A stretch of DNA of 64,000 nt from Draconibacterium sp. (GCA_037444065.1 JBBINB010000002.1:48642-112641); one strand, 5' to 3'. Numbered from the stretch's first letter, positions 25,975 through 36,652 are shown. The notes: generated by a model from the letters alone, not told the origin. Numbers and translations are program-made.

Positions 25975-28890
25975 ATGCATCCCGATTTCGATCATTTAAA
26001 GTCGCAGCTCGATGGCGATGTTTTTACCGACAACGTTCAGCGAGTGTTATATTCCACCGATGCGTCACAATACAGAGAATTGCCACTGGCGGTTACGCGC
26101 CCGAAGTCGGGCGAGGACATTAAAAAAATCATTGCTTTTGCCCGGGAAAACGGAACTTCAGTTATTCCGCGCGGAGCCGGAACTTCGCTGGCAGGCCAGG
26201 TTGTCGGGCCCGGAATCGTGGTTGATGTTTCAAAATACATGAACCAAATACTCGAATTCAATTTGGAGGAAAAATTTGTGATTGTTGAACCCGGCGTTAT
26301 ACTGGCTGAGCTAAACCTGTTCCTTGCAAAACACGGGTTGCAGTTTGGCCCCGAAACTTCAACGGCCAACCGCTGTGTAATCGGCGGGATGCTTGGCAAC
26401 AATTCCTGCGGGCTGCATTCGTTGGTTTATGGTAGCGTGCGCGAACATATTCTCGAAGTGGATGCCATTCTTTCCGATGGTTCTGAAACCACTTTCAAAG
26501 CGCTTTCAAAAGATGAGTTTCTGCAAAAATTGAATGGCAATCCCAACCTGTTGGAAAAAGCCATTTACCTGAATATTTACGAAACACTTTCCAACCCTGA
26601 AAACCAAAAGGAAATCCGGGAACAATTCCCCGAGCCCAAACTTACCCGCCGGAACATGGGATATGCCATCGACGAGTTGTTAAATTCTGAAATGTTTACT
26701 GAAGGTGGGCCTGCTTTTAATTTCTGCAAACTGCTGGCCGGTTCAGAAGGGACACTGGCATTTTCGCACCGGATTAAACTGAATGTAATCCCGCTCCCGC
26801 CCAAATTTAAAGGATTGGTTTGTGCCCATTTCGAAACGCTTGAAGAATCGATTCTCGGAAACCTTATCGCGTTGAAACATAAACCCACTGCCATAGAATT
26901 AATGGACGACCCGGTTATGCAGGCAGCCAAACAAAATATAGAACAAAACAAAAACCGGTTTTTTGTAAAAGGTGATCCCGGTGCGCTGCTGATGATTGAG
27001 TTTTCGTTTGAAACCGAAAAAGAGTTAACCGATACAGCGGCAGCCCTCGAAAAAGATTTCAGGAATGCTGGTTTAGGATATCATTTCCCGCTGGTTACAG
27101 GCGCCGACAACATCAAACGTGTTTGGGCGCTCAGAACTGCAGGCCTGGGTTTGCTTGCCAACATCCCCGGCGACAGGAAAGGCGTTCCCGGGATTGAAGA
27201 CACGGCAGTAAATCCCGAATACCTGCCCGATTATGTTGCCGATATCAAAAAAGTACTTGCCAAACTCGGTCTGAACAGCATTTTTTATGCACACATTGCC
27301 ACCGGGGAAATACATTTCAGGCCACTCATCAATTTTAAAGATCCCGAAGACGTAAAGCTTTTCGAAACGTTAATGAATGAAGTTGCGTTGCTGGTAAAAA
27401 AATACCGTGGCTCTATGAGCGGCGAACATGGCGATGGCCGCGTACGCGGAAAGTTTATCCCTTTTATGTTGGGGGAACACAATTTCCAACTACTTAAAGA
27501 ATTGAAAAAAACCTGGGATCCCGATAATATTTTCAATCCCGGTAAAATAATGGACTCGCCCTCAATTACTGAAAGTTTGCGGGTGATCCCGGGAATTCCG
27601 TCCCCTGAATTTAAAACCGAAATGAATTTTTCGCGTTACCGGGGATATTTCAGAAGCATTGAAAAATGCAACGGTTCGGGCGATTGCCTTAAAAGCGAAA
27701 TAATAGGCGGAACCATGTGCCCCACTTTTATGGCCACACGCGACGAAGATAAAAGCACACGCGGACGCGCCAATATTTTGCGCGAATTCCTGAGTTCAGG
27801 GAAAAACGAAAATCCTTTCAGCCGGCAGGAGATTTATGATATTCTCGATTTGTGCATATCATGTAAAGCCTGTAAAGCCGAGTGCCCGTCGAATGTTGAC
27901 ATGGCTAAACTTAAAGCCGAATTCCTTCAGCAATATTACGATGTTCAAGGCACCCCGCTCCGCTCAAAACTGGTTGCCTACCTTCCGCGTTTGAACAGCC
28001 TGGCAGTGTTGGCCAGGCCTCTGTCGAATTTTTTGATGAATACTTCAATACTCAAAAATGCAATCGGTTTTTCAACCAAACGAACCGTTCCAAAACTTTC
28101 GAAACTTACCCTGAACCGTTGGGTAGGCAACGGAATTCCTTTGCCCGAAAAGGAACCAAAAGGGAAGGTTTACCTGTTTAACGATGAGTTTACCAATTAC
28201 AACGAAAGCGAAATTGGAATAAAAGCAATTTTACTGCTTACAAAGCTGGGGTACGAAGTAAAAATACCCATCCACAAGGAAAGTGGCAGAACCTTCCTTT
28301 CGAAGGGCCTGGTGCGGGGCGCAAAAAAAATTGCAACAGAGAATGTCGATCTTTTAAAAGAACTAATTTCGGAACAAACCCCGCTGGTAGGAATCGAACC
28401 CTCGGCAATCCTTGCCTTCCGCGATGAATACCCCGAATTAGTTGACAACGATTTGCAACCTGTTGCAGAAAAGTTGGGAAAAAACGCGCTTCTGTTTGAA
28501 GAGTTCTTTTCGGCGGAAATCGATAAGGGAAATATCACTCCGGAACAATTTACAGCGGAAGAAAAGCAAATCCTGCTGCATGGCCACTGCCAGCAAAAAG
28601 CTGTAGCCAGCACCGTCCCCACAAAGAAAATGCTTTCGCTGCCCGTAAATTATTCGGTTAAAGAAATCCCCTCGGGATGCTGTGGTATGGCCGGCTCGTT
28701 TGGATACGAAAAAGAACATTATGATTTATCGATGAAAATAGGCGAAATGGTTCTATTTCCGGCTATTCGAAGTGCTGAAGAAAAAATAATTATTTCGGCC
28801 CCGGGAACTTCGTGCCGCCACCACATAAAAGACGGAACAGGGAAAAAAGCTAAACACCCGGTGGAAGTGCTGTATGATGCCCTGAAATAA
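25975..28890 (+). CDS. FAD-binding plus (Fe-S)-binding fused oxidoreductase (YdiJ / D-2-hydroxyacid dehydrogenase-like)
   Basis: 971 aa. N-terminal FAD_binding_4 (RGAGTSLAGQ), GEHGDGRVRG, central CxxCxxCxxxCP (CISCKACKAECP) and C-terminal CCG-type Cys-rich domains (CCGMAGSFG). Confidence 0.85.
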   Translation: MHPDFDHLKSQLDGDVFTDNVQRVLYSTDASQYRELPLAVTRPKSGEDIKKIIAFARENGTSVIPRGAGTSLAGQVVGPGIVVDVSKYMNQILEFNLEEKFVIVEPGVILAELNLFLAKHGLQFGPETSTANRCVIGGMLGNNSCGLHSLVYGSVREHILEVDAILSDGSETTFKALSKDEFLQKLNGNPNLLEKAIYLNIYETLSNPENQKEIREQFPEPKLTRRNMGYAIDELLNSEMFTEGGPAFNFCKLLAGSEGTLAFSHRIKLNVIPLPPKFKGLVCAHFETLEESILGNLIALKHKPTAIELMDDPVMQAAKQNIEQNKNRFFVKGDPGALLMIEFSFETEKELTDTAAALEKDFRNAGLGYHFPLVTGADNIKRVWALRTAGLGLLANIPGDRKGVPGIEDTAVNPEYLPDYVADIKKVLAKLGLNSIFYAHIATGEIHFRPLINFKDPEDVKLFETLMNEVALLVKKYRGSMSGEHGDGRVRGKFIPFMLGEHNFQLLKELKKTWDPDNIFNPGKIMDSPSITESLRVIPGIPSPEFKTEMNFSRYRGYFRSIEKCNGSGDCLKSEIIGGTMCPTFMATRDEDKSTRGRANILREFLSSGKNENPFSRQEIYDILDLCISCKACKAECPSNVDMAKLKAEFLQQYYDVQGTPLRSKLVAYLPRLNSLAVLARPLSNFLMNTSILKNAIGFSTKRTVPKLSKLTLNRWVGNGIPLPEKEPKGKVYLFNDEFTNYNESEIGIKAILLLTKLGYEVKIPIHKESGRTFLSKGLVRGAKKIATENVDLLKELISEQTPLVGIEPSAILAFRDEYPELVDNDLQPVAEKLGKNALLFEEFFSAEIDKGNITPEQFTAEEKQILLHGHCQQKAVASTVPTKKMLSLPVNYSVKEIPSGCCGMAGSFGYEKEHYDLSMKIGEMVLFPAIRSAEEKIIISAPGTSCRHHIKDGTGKKAKHPVEVLYDALK

Positions 28891-29431
28891 GAATTTGTAC
28901 TTAGAGAAATCGAATTGAAAAATTCACCACTTTCCTGAATGTTTTTTCAATTTTTCTTTTTAAGCTACACTATTACAGCTTATTAAGTTCAACCAAATTG
29001 AAATCTATCCTATTCAATTAAAATATTTAAATATTTAAAGGTATTTTTATTTGTTTATTAATTTCAGATGTTGTAACTTTTCCTCAATAATTATAAATGA
29101 TTAACGTTTTTCAAAACTTTAAAATTTATAAACATAATTTATCGACTTACAATAAATTAAAACTTATACTAAAAATTTCCCGCAACAAATATTTATGAAT
29201 AATTTCAGGTTTACCTATTTCAACACTTCATAGTTACAATCACTTTAATTTTCTGGGCGGAAATTATATTAACCTGCAAGGCTATTCCTTCCGCTACTTA
29301 ACTTAAACTTATTCAAACAGTTAGCTTTGAGTATAGGAATGCTATGTTTAATAGGAAAATCGTTTATTCCACAGAAAAATCGTTTTACAAACTTTCAAAA
29401 ATTCAATATTAACTTTACAATTTTAAAAATT

Positions 29432-32400
29432 ATGAAAAAAATCTACACTTCAGTTGCCAACTGGCTTATCCATTTTATCCCGTTGGTTTATCAAAAAAAG
29501 AGATATTATCCTCTTTTTGTTGGTATTTTGTTTTGTTCCTTTTTACTTTCTTCAAACCAGGCAGATGCTTCTCATTTTAGGTATGGAAACGTTAACTATC
29601 GGATTGTTTCCAATACGGCTACAACTACTCTTGTTGAATTTACCATTACAATGAGTTATTATTATGGCCCGGGTTCGCAATTTACACAGTTCGGATCAGT
29701 GCCAATTGGAGGAACTATAAATACCGCTGATAATTTTAACTTTGGAAATGGTAGCGTATCAAATTTGTCGTATATAGTTACGTCAAAAAACAATACCGAA
29801 AACTGGCTTGTAGCCTCCAGAACTTTACAGCGTACATATACCTCATTGTCAGACTTTACCGCTATTCTAACAGGAATTGCAAGGGTAGGAAGTTTACAAC
29901 CTCCAAATAGTAGTACAAATTTGCAATACATTATAAGAACAATTGTTGCATTGACAAATCCTAGCAATCAACCGCCTTCTGCCAGTACACCGCCCATATT
30001 TTATGTACCAGTAAACCAGGCAGCTTTTAACATTCAAATTAATGCTTCCGATCCGGAAGGATTTCCTTTGGCCTATGCATGGGCGCCTGGTGGTGCAACA
30101 GGTTCGGGCTTGAATAGTCAGGTTCTTACGATAAATGGACCTGCCACATTAAATGCCTCAACAGGTCAGATAACATTAAATACTCAAGGTACTGCAGTTG
30201 GCAACCAGTATGCGGCACAGGTTTGGATTCGAGACAATTTAGGCGCGCGGGTTGCGGTTGACTTTATTGTTCAAACAGTTACCCAGTCCAATCCGCCGGT
30301 TTTTGATTATGCCAGCGGCTTTACTCCAGCAAATGGCTCTGTTATAAAATTTCAGCCGGGCCAGACAGTTAACTTTAACGTAAAGGCTTCAGATATGGAT
30401 GCAGGTAGCTCTGTTACGCTTTCAGCAATTGGGGTTCCGGTAGGGTCAACATTGTCGCCATCAAACAACGTTGGTAATCCAATCCTGCAAAATTTTAATT
30501 GGGTTACTTCAATGGCAAATCTGGGTTCTCGTACGATCACTTTTTCAGCCGTTGATAATTTCTTTTCGCAAACCACGACAAGTGTAACAATTGTAGTAAC
30601 ACTTGCCCCGGTTTTTGACGTACCACCCACCCCGGCTACGGGAACTCATATTGTTGCCGCACCGGGTACACCCATTTCTTTTATGGTGCAGGCACAAGAT
30701 CCCGATCCAAACGATATTTGCCGGATAATTGAAATTAACGGGAAAGACATGAGCGGGAAAATACCAATTTATGCGGGAGCAACAACTACACCCGGATTAC
30801 CAACAACGGCTGGCAATACTACTTCGCTTCAATTTAACTGGACGCCTGTTGCTTCCCAATGGGGACACCGTCATGTAATTTTTACTGCAGAAGATGGCTA
30901 TAATGATAAAACAGATCATGAAATACCGATCCTTGTTAACACAGTTCCAAACTTTACTTCTACTCCGGTGACAGATGTCTTTACAAATAAATTATATTCA
31001 TATGACATTACTGTTTACGATCCGGATGTACTTCAGGGTGATGTGATACAGATATTAGGCCAGGCGATTCCGGCGTGGCTAACTTTAACAGATAACGGCG
31101 ATGGAACGGCAACCTTGTCAGGTACCCCTGCATTAGGTGATGCAGGATTGGTAAACATCAAACTAATCGCTGAAGACCTTTACCATCACGAAAGTCCGGT
31201 TCCAACACAGGAATTTGCGATTACAGTTATCCCATGCGATTTTAGTATTTCGGGCACATTATCTGATGTTTCCTGTTTCGGTGGCAGTGATGGTTCTATT
31301 GATTTAACTTTAAACGGGGTTTACGGAACACCTTCGTTTACATGGACAGGCCCTGATAATTTCAGCGCATCAACAGAAGACCTTACCGGATTGGCAGCAG
31401 GCACTTACAATGTTTTAGTTACAAGTGATTTAGGTTGCTCAGAAACTACAAGTTTTGAAGTTGGGACAATCCCTGACGTTGCACCGCCCGATATTTTCTG
31501 TCCGGATAATATGAATGTAAATAATGATCCGGGAGATTGCGGAGCAGTGGTGAATTTTAGTGTTTCTGCATCGGATAACTGCCCGGGTGTAACGGTTGTA
31601 AGTTCACCTGCCAGCGGAAGTGTTTTCCAAATTGGAACAACTACCATAACATCAGTTGCAACCGATGCTGCCGGAAATACGGCCACCTGTAGTTTTACTG
31701 TTACAGTTAAGGATACCGAGGCGCCAACAATTGCATGCCCTGCGAATATTTTGGTTAACAACGACCCGGGAAATTGCGGAGCAGTGGTCAATTTTAGTGT
31801 TTCTGCATCGGATAACTGCCCGGGTGTAACGGTTGTAAGTTCACCGGCCAGCGGAAGTGTTTTCCAAATTGGAACAACTAACGTAACATCAGTTGCAACC
31901 GATGCTGCCGGAAATACGGCCACCTGTAGTTTTACTGTTACAGTAAATAACACTCTTCCGGTTATTAACAGTGTAACCGGCCCGGTTACCCCAACTGCAC
32001 TCGGTAATTCAATTACCATAGAAGTGCAACATAACAACGATAATAACTTAACAAAAGCTACTATTGACTGGGACGATCAAACTGCGGTTCAGAATATTTC
32101 CAATCCTGCATCAGGTTCATTCAATGTAACACATACTTATGCCACTCCTGGTGTATATACGGTAAGCGTAACCTTGACCGACGCATGTGGCGCAGTTTCT
32201 GAAACGTTTAATTATCAGTATATTGTTATTTATGATCCGAGCGGTGGTTTTGTAACCGGAGGTGGATGGTTCTGGTCTGAAGCATGCGCAATAAAGGATG
32301 GAAGTGGAGCTACCGGAAAAGCCAACTTTGGTTTTGTTGCCAAGTATAAAAAGGGGTCCACGGTTCCCGATGGAAATACTGAATTCCAGTTCAAGGCCGG

Positions 32401-33004
32401 AGCAATCAATTTCCACAGCACAGCATACGAGGATATGCGCCTGGTAATTTCAGGAGCAAGGGCAAACTATAAAGGTGTTGGAAGTATTCAGGGTTCAAAC
32501 CATGTTTTTGGATTTTTGGTATCGGCAATTGATGGCCAGGTAAGCGGAGGAGGCGGTATTGATAAATTCCGTATAAAAATTTGGGATAAGGATGATGGAA
32601 ACCGCGTTATTTACGACAACAATTGCACCGAAACCGATGAAAATGCCGACCCTGCCACTGCTATTGGAGGAGGATCAATTGTGATTCACTCAACCAAAAC
32701 CAAATCTGCCGAAATTGAAACAGCAATTGAGCCTGAACCTGTATTCTCCGGATTAAAAGCATATCCAAATCCTTTCCACGAAAAGCTGTATTTTGAATTT
32801 AGCAAGGAGAAAGATTCAAAGGCAACACTTATTCTGTTTGATGGGACTGGCAGGGAAATTGAAGTTTTGTTCAACCAACAGATTAAGGCAAATCAAAACT
32901 ACAGGATTGAATATGTTCCTAATAATGTGGCTACTAATATGGTTTTTTACCGTATGACCTATGATAATGAAGTGATTAACGGAAAATTAATTTACAGAAA
33001 ATAA
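29432..33004 (+). CDS. Large T9SS-secreted adhesin-like protein (Ig-like/cadherin-like, SprB repeat, 2x HYR, PKD, T9SS CTD)
   Basis: He_PIG-like Ig domain (PNFTSTPVTD...LSGTP); SprB-type repeat (VSCFGGSDGSIDLT...GTYNVLVTSDLGC); two HYR domains (CP.N..VNNDPG.CGAVVNF...TATCSFTVTV); PKD (HTYATPGVYTVSVTLTD); C-terminal LKAYPNPFHEKLYFEF... Start at MKKIYT (29432). Confidence 0.8.
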   Translation: MKKIYTSVANWLIHFIPLVYQKKRYYPLFVGILFCSFLLSSNQADASHFRYGNVNYRIVSNTATTTLVEFTITMSYYYGPGSQFTQFGSVPIGGTINTADNFNFGNGSVSNLSYIVTSKNNTENWLVASRTLQRTYTSLSDFTAILTGIARVGSLQPPNSSTNLQYIIRTIVALTNPSNQPPSASTPPIFYVPVNQAAFNIQINASDPEGFPLAYAWAPGGATGSGLNSQVLTINGPATLNASTGQITLNTQGTAVGNQYAAQVWIRDNLGARVAVDFIVQTVTQSNPPVFDYASGFTPANGSVIKFQPGQTVNFNVKASDMDAGSSVTLSAIGVPVGSTLSPSNNVGNPILQNFNWVTSMANLGSRTITFSAVDNFFSQTTTSVTIVVTLAPVFDVPPTPATGTHIVAAPGTPISFMVQAQDPDPNDICRIIEINGKDMSGKIPIYAGATTTPGLPTTAGNTTSLQFNWTPVASQWGHRHVIFTAEDGYNDKTDHEIPILVNTVPNFTSTPVTDVFTNKLYSYDITVYDPDVLQGDVIQILGQAIPAWLTLTDNGDGTATLSGTPALGDAGLVNIKLIAEDLYHHESPVPTQEFAITVIPCDFSISGTLSDVSCFGGSDGSIDLTLNGVYGTPSFTWTGPDNFSASTEDLTGLAAGTYNVLVTSDLGCSETTSFEVGTIPDVAPPDIFCPDNMNVNNDPGDCGAVVNFSVSASDNCPGVTVVSSPASGSVFQIGTTTITSVATDAAGNTATCSFTVTVKDTEAPTIACPANILVNNDPGNCGAVVNFSVSASDNCPGVTVVSSPASGSVFQIGTTNVTSVATDAAGNTATCSFTVTVNNTLPVINSVTGPVTPTALGNSITIEVQHNNDNNLTKATIDWDDQTAVQNISNPASGSFNVTHTYATPGVYTVSVTLTDACGAVSETFNYQYIVIYDPSGGFVTGGGWFWSEACAIKDGSGATGKANFGFVAKYKKGSTVPDGNTEFQFKAGAINFHSTAYEDMRLVISGARANYKGVGSIQGSNHVFGFLVSAIDGQVSGGGGIDKFRIKIWDKDDGNRVIYDNNCTETDENADPATAIGGGSIVIHSTKTKSAEIETAIEPEPVFSGLKAYPNPFHEKLYFEFSKEKDSKATLILFDGTGREIEVLFNQQIKANQNYRIEYVPNNVATNMVFYRMTYDNEVINGKLIYRK
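31536..31944 (+). repeat. Intragenic tandem duplication of an HYR-domain segment (172 bp x2, 237-bp period)
   Basis: 31536-31707 vs 31773-31944 differ at 4 of 172 positions. The offset of 237 bp equals 79 codons, so the frame is kept. Confidence 0.9.
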
Positions 33005-33052
33005 GCTAAAACTAATGAACATTTATTGAATTACATTCTATTAATAAACAGG

Positions 33053-33086
33053 AAAGGCGCACCAAAGTGCGCCTTTTTTTGTTTTT
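33053..33086 (+). terminator. Rho-independent terminator after the adhesin gene
   Basis: AAAGGCGCAC-caaa-GTGCGCCTTT followed by TTTTTGTTTTT. Confidence 0.75.
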
Positions 33087-33106
33087 AAAACAGAATTTAA
33101 TTTAAC

Positions 33107-33136
33107 CTTTTCCAAAGTTCTCAACTTTGGAAAAGC
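33107..33136. repeat. Perfect 13-bp inverted repeat hairpin
   Basis: CTTTTCCAAAGTT-ctca-AACTTTGGAAAAG, 11 nt downstream of the GH5 stop (minus strand). No T tract. Confidence 0.6.
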
Positions 33137-33147
33137 TATTAATAAAA

Positions 33148-34293
33148 CTAATATTTCTGTAATAATGCGAGCATTTTTCTGTCGAGTTTGTGGCCGTGCC
33201 AGTCTTCATAATTCACATCCTTTCTCCCCGAGTCGATGAGGCCAAAATCGCCCCTGAAATTCCATAATGCATACCCGATTTGGTGTCCGGTAAGCACCGA
33301 AATAACATCTTCAAACCACGAAAGAAAAACTTCATGTGGCGTTTCCCTCCAACATCCGCACTCCCCGCAATGTACCCCAACTCCTTTTTTAACCGCATCA
33401 ATCCAAGGTTTATAAAATTTTTCGAGGCTTGCCCTGTTAAATTCTCTCCCATCAATTGTTCCCGGCCAGACAGGTTTTGGCGCATCATCAGGATTTTTAA
33501 ATACCCAGGGCGCCCGATAATGCGAAATATAGTGAGGAAAATAGCCACGACAACTTTGTGCAATATCTAAATCAAACATTTCCGGAATGACATCGCTCCC
33601 AACATTGTTTCCGTTGGCAACTACCAGGTGATTTGGATTAAACTGACGGATTTTTTCTGCGCTTTTTTTGGCTACCCCGCGGTACAACAGCCCCGGGACC
33701 GGACCACGTTCAGAAAACTGGTCGTTCATGTCGGCGCGTGTACAAGGTTCGTTTACCAAATCGAAGCTGATTTGTTTTTGAGTTTTCGAGGCAAATCGTT
33801 TTGCCCACATCGCCCAATGAAAATAAAAAGCTTCCTGCGCTTCTTTGTCTTCCCACAGATTATAAGGTTCGTTAAAACCGGCATTTACACAAAATCCGGG
33901 CGCACGGTGCAAATCGAGGCTGACATGCAAACCATAATTGTTAGCCCGCTCTACCAGTTTCTCTATTTTTTCAACAACAGCCTCATCGATGTTATAAATA
34001 TCGGCCGGCGTTATATTTTTTGAACGGTCGAATTTTACATATCTCGGATAAGCCATTGGAATTCTGACAAAATCGAAACCCCAGTCCGACATCCACTGAA
34101 AATCTTCTTCAGTTGTGCCATTATTGTCCCTGGCTGGCGGGTTTGGCGAAAAGTAATCGAGCAGGTTAAACCCCTTCCAGCGGGGTAATTTGTTTTTTAC
34201 TGCCACCGACGCGTTCGAATATGCCAGGTTCCCGGCAATTCCAACTCCCGCGGCAGCAAGCCCTGTGGTTTTTATAAAATTTCTACGTTCCAT
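33148..34293 (-). CDS. Glycoside hydrolase family 5 (probable beta-mannanase/glucanase), Tat-exported
   Basis: MERRNFIKTTGLAAAGVGIAG is a twin-arginine signal. FVRIPM, FDLVNEP (acid/base Glu) and HCGECG (nucleophile Glu) follow the GH5 pattern. Confidence 0.75.
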   Translation of the reverse strand: MERRNFIKTTGLAAAGVGIAGNLAYSNASVAVKNKLPRWKGFNLLDYFSPNPPARDNNGTTEEDFQWMSDWGFDFVRIPMAYPRYVKFDRSKNITPADIYNIDEAVVEKIEKLVERANNYGLHVSLDLHRAPGFCVNAGFNEPYNLWEDKEAQEAFYFHWAMWAKRFASKTQKQISFDLVNEPCTRADMNDQFSERGPVPGLLYRGVAKKSAEKIRQFNPNHLVVANGNNVGSDVIPEMFDLDIAQSCRGYFPHYISHYRAPWVFKNPDDAPKPVWPGTIDGREFNRASLEKFYKPWIDAVKKGVGVHCGECGCWRETPHEVFLSWFEDVISVLTGHQIGYALWNFRGDFGLIDSGRKDVNYEDWHGHKLDRKMLALLQKY

Positions 34294-34305
34294 TTTTTTG
34301 GTTTA

Positions 34306-34623
34306 TTGGTTTATCGTAAAGATATAATTTGGCTTCAAAAGAACAACCGGTTTAATTGCATGATTTTATTAACATCAAGCTTTGGAAACAATAAAGCCGA
34401 TAAACAGGTATTTTTCAAAATTGCAGAAAAGATAAACCCGGATTTGGATAAATTTAAAACCGATTATGACTCTGAAATTTGCAGGTTAAAGATTAAAGAA
34501 GATATAAATGAAGCAACAAAGCTTAATATTGAAGGTACGCCATCAGTTTTCTTAAACGGCCATTTGGGAAGGAACCTGCAACCCGATAACCTGGATTTCC
34601 TAATCAGGTACCTTTCTAAATAA
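34306..34623 (+). pseudogene. C-terminal fragment of a DsbA-like thioredoxin-fold protein (no CxxC half)
   Basis: ...DLDKFKTDYDSEICRLKIKEDINEATKLNIEGTPSVFLNGH... matches the C-terminal half of DsbA-family proteins. The ORF begins at a TTG and lacks the CxxC-containing N-terminal half. Confidence 0.45.
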
Positions 34624-34680
34624 GAAATTAAAAACCAGTCTTGTGTTTCACGGTTTCAAACCAATTGTAAACTGTAATTC

Positions 34681-35220
34681 TTACTTCTCTGCTTGCTGCA
34701 CCCAAATCAGTTTTGAGGTATCGTAACCCCGTTTTTCGGCCTTCTTTAAAATCAGGTTATGAACGTTTTCATCAAGTTTTGGCGAACGGCTTAATATCCA
34801 TAAATATTTATCTGATTTGCTGCCAATTAAAGCCCATTGGTAATTGGCATCAAGTTCGAGAAAATAATAATCGGCATAGAAAATCCAAAAGAACGATACC
34901 TTCAGTTTCCCTGGTTCATTGGTTAGTTTTGCCTTTCCTTCTGCAGTACTTAGTTCACCGTCAAGTGTGCCTTTATAACCCTGGTTTAATACTCTTATTT
35001 TTCCATCATCGCGCATTGAATAGGTTGCGGTTACCCCAACCAACCCCCGTTCGAAACTGTGATCGAAACGGGCAATTTCGTACCAGGCGCCTAAATAACG
35101 TTGCAGATTTAGCTCCTTAACCGTCGATGTCTCCATTTTTCCTTCTTTTTGGGTTTGGCAGCCACCCGAAAAAACTGACAATAAGAAAGCGAAAACAAAA
35201 GTCAATTTCATTGTTTTCAT
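34681..35220 (-). CDS. blc: Bacterial lipocalin (Blc-like outer-membrane lipoprotein)
   Basis: YLGAWYEIARFDHSFERG is the lipocalin SCR1. Lipoprotein signal (LLSVFSGGC). 179 aa. Confidence 0.85.
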   Translation of the reverse strand: MKTMKLTFVFAFLLSVFSGGCQTQKEGKMETSTVKELNLQRYLGAWYEIARFDHSFERGLVGVTATYSMRDDGKIRVLNQGYKGTLDGELSTAEGKAKLTNEPGKLKVSFFWIFYADYYFLELDANYQWALIGSKSDKYLWILSRSPKLDENVHNLILKKAEKRGYDTSKLIWVQQAEK

Positions 35221-35355
35221 GATTCAATTTGTAATTAAGAGTTGGTTTCAAAAATTTCAAAACCCAATTCACAAATATCAAATAAATCCCAATTTTTCAA
35301 TTTTTCAAAATCCAAAAATTTCAACTTCAATTATTTAAATAATTGGTTTTTGAAG

Positions 35356-35400
35356 TTTGGTATTTATTTGTTTTTTGGTTTTTGTTATTTGGTAATTCAT
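35356..35400 (-). repeat. AT-rich ~45-nt repeat, copy 2
   Basis: The minus strand reads ATGAATTACCAAATAACAAAAACCAAAAAACAAATAAATACCAAA. Reads as mini-ORF MNYQITKTKKQINTK... (35400 to 35335). Confidence 0.7.
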
Positions 35401-35458
35401 TCATAAATATACAATTATAAAAGAAATTTACCGTCTTGACAGCAACCTCCTCATAGTT

Positions 35459-36652
35459 CTATTTATTAACCATATCAATCCTCCGGATCATTTCCATGCA
35501 CATCCTTCCGTTGTGGTAAGGCCCTTTCCATGGACCAACCTTATCGCCGCGCAAAGGTTTCAGGTCGGCGCCAACACCCCAAAACCATTCGCCTTTATTT
35601 TTATCGATGATGTAATCCTGAATAAACTTCCAGCTTTTTTGCGCCTGAACCAGGTATTTTTCGTTTCCGCTTACCTGGTAAGTATTAAAAAAGCCAACCA
35701 CTGCCTCGGCCTGGGGCCACCAGTCGAACTGAACCTGCAAATGGCCTTCGGCTTTTTCGTAATACATGCCACCATGTGCCGCAAGGCCTTCCTTTATCGC
35801 AATATCGCTCATTTTAACCGCAACATGTCCCACTTCCTCCAAAAGTTCCTTTTTCCCTAAGACTTCTGCAGCTTCGTGCATTAACCAGGTTGCTTCAATG
35901 TCGTGACCATAAGAATCGATTTCGGAACGGACAGTCCAGTCCCTGTCGAAAAATAAAATTAAATGGCCGGTTTTATTGTCGAGAATTTTATCAAGAAAAA
36001 TGCGAAGTAAATGTTCAATTTTCTTTTCAACTTCACCGGTTTTATACACCCTGTAAAGATTGGTATATGCCTCAAGAATGTGCAAATGCGTGTTCATCGA
36101 CTTTTTTACATCCTTGTCCTTTGGGCTAAGGCGCTGGTCGTCGGTTTCTTTCCAATCGGCTGTTTTGGCTTCTATGTAGCCGCCAAATTCGGGGTCAAAG
36201 GCGTATTTTTCCATGAGCATAAACATCGAAACTGCCAGTTGCCGGGCTTTTTCATCCTTAAAAGCAAGGAAGTATTCCGACATGGCATATATAAAAAATG
36301 CTTCGGCGTAAAATTGTTTTTTGGTATCCTCGGGGCTTCCGTCGGGAAAAACACTCCAATAAATTCCACCATTTTCATTATCCCAAAATGTTTCAACCAG
36401 GATACGAAAAGCTTCATCGGCCATTTTTTTATAAATAGCCGTTGGGTAAAAACGGTAAGCTGCCGAGAATGTCCACAAAATACGTGTTGTAAACACTGCC
36501 GACAATGGCGCTTCAGGATATTTTTTCCCTTCGTTGGTAATCTTCCCGAAAAAGGTTTTACGATTGGTGTCATAAACTTCTTTCACCCAATAATTCAGGA
36601 TATTATCGGTAAGTTCGTTTTCGAATTGTTTTTTGAAATTGTTCCAGTCCAT
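35459..36652 (-). CDS. AGE-family epimerase (cellobiose/mannobiose 2-epimerase-like)
   Basis: 397 aa alpha/alpha-barrel pattern (NTHLHILEAY, GHDIEATWL, WWPQAEA, HNGRMC) typical of N-acylglucosamine 2-epimerase / cellobiose 2-epimerase. Context with GH130 and a symporter. Confidence 0.75.
   Translation of the reverse strand: MDWNNFKKQFENELTDNILNYWVKEVYDTNRKTFFGKITNEGKKYPEAPLSAVFTTRILWTFSAAYRFYPTAIYKKMADEAFRILVETFWDNENGGIYWSVFPDGSPEDTKKQFYAEAFFIYAMSEYFLAFKDEKARQLAVSMFMLMEKYAFDPEFGGYIEAKTADWKETDDQRLSPKDKDVKKSMNTHLHILEAYTNLYRVYKTGEVEKKIEHLLRIFLDKILDNKTGHLILFFDRDWTVRSEIDSYGHDIEATWLMHEAAEVLGKKELLEEVGHVAVKMSDIAIKEGLAAHGGMYYEKAEGHLQVQFDWWPQAEAVVGFFNTYQVSGNEKYLVQAQKSWKFIQDYIIDKNKGEWFWGVGADLKPLRGDKVGPWKGPYHNGRMCMEMIRRIDMVNK

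Noticed and set aside
29327-29431. TTG-initiated 35-codon extension of the adhesin ORF.
   Set aside because: The ATG at 29432 (MKKIYTSVANWL...) gives a conventional N-terminus. The upstream part lies in the AT-rich promoter region.
35221-35458. Whether the 240-bp AT-rich spacer is one long perfect hairpin or an invertible promoter.
   Set aside because: Only short complementary segments (CTTCAA/TTGAAG around TTATTTAAATAA) and a diverged inverted copy of the 45-nt repeat are present. There are no extended inverted repeats and no nearby recombinase gene.
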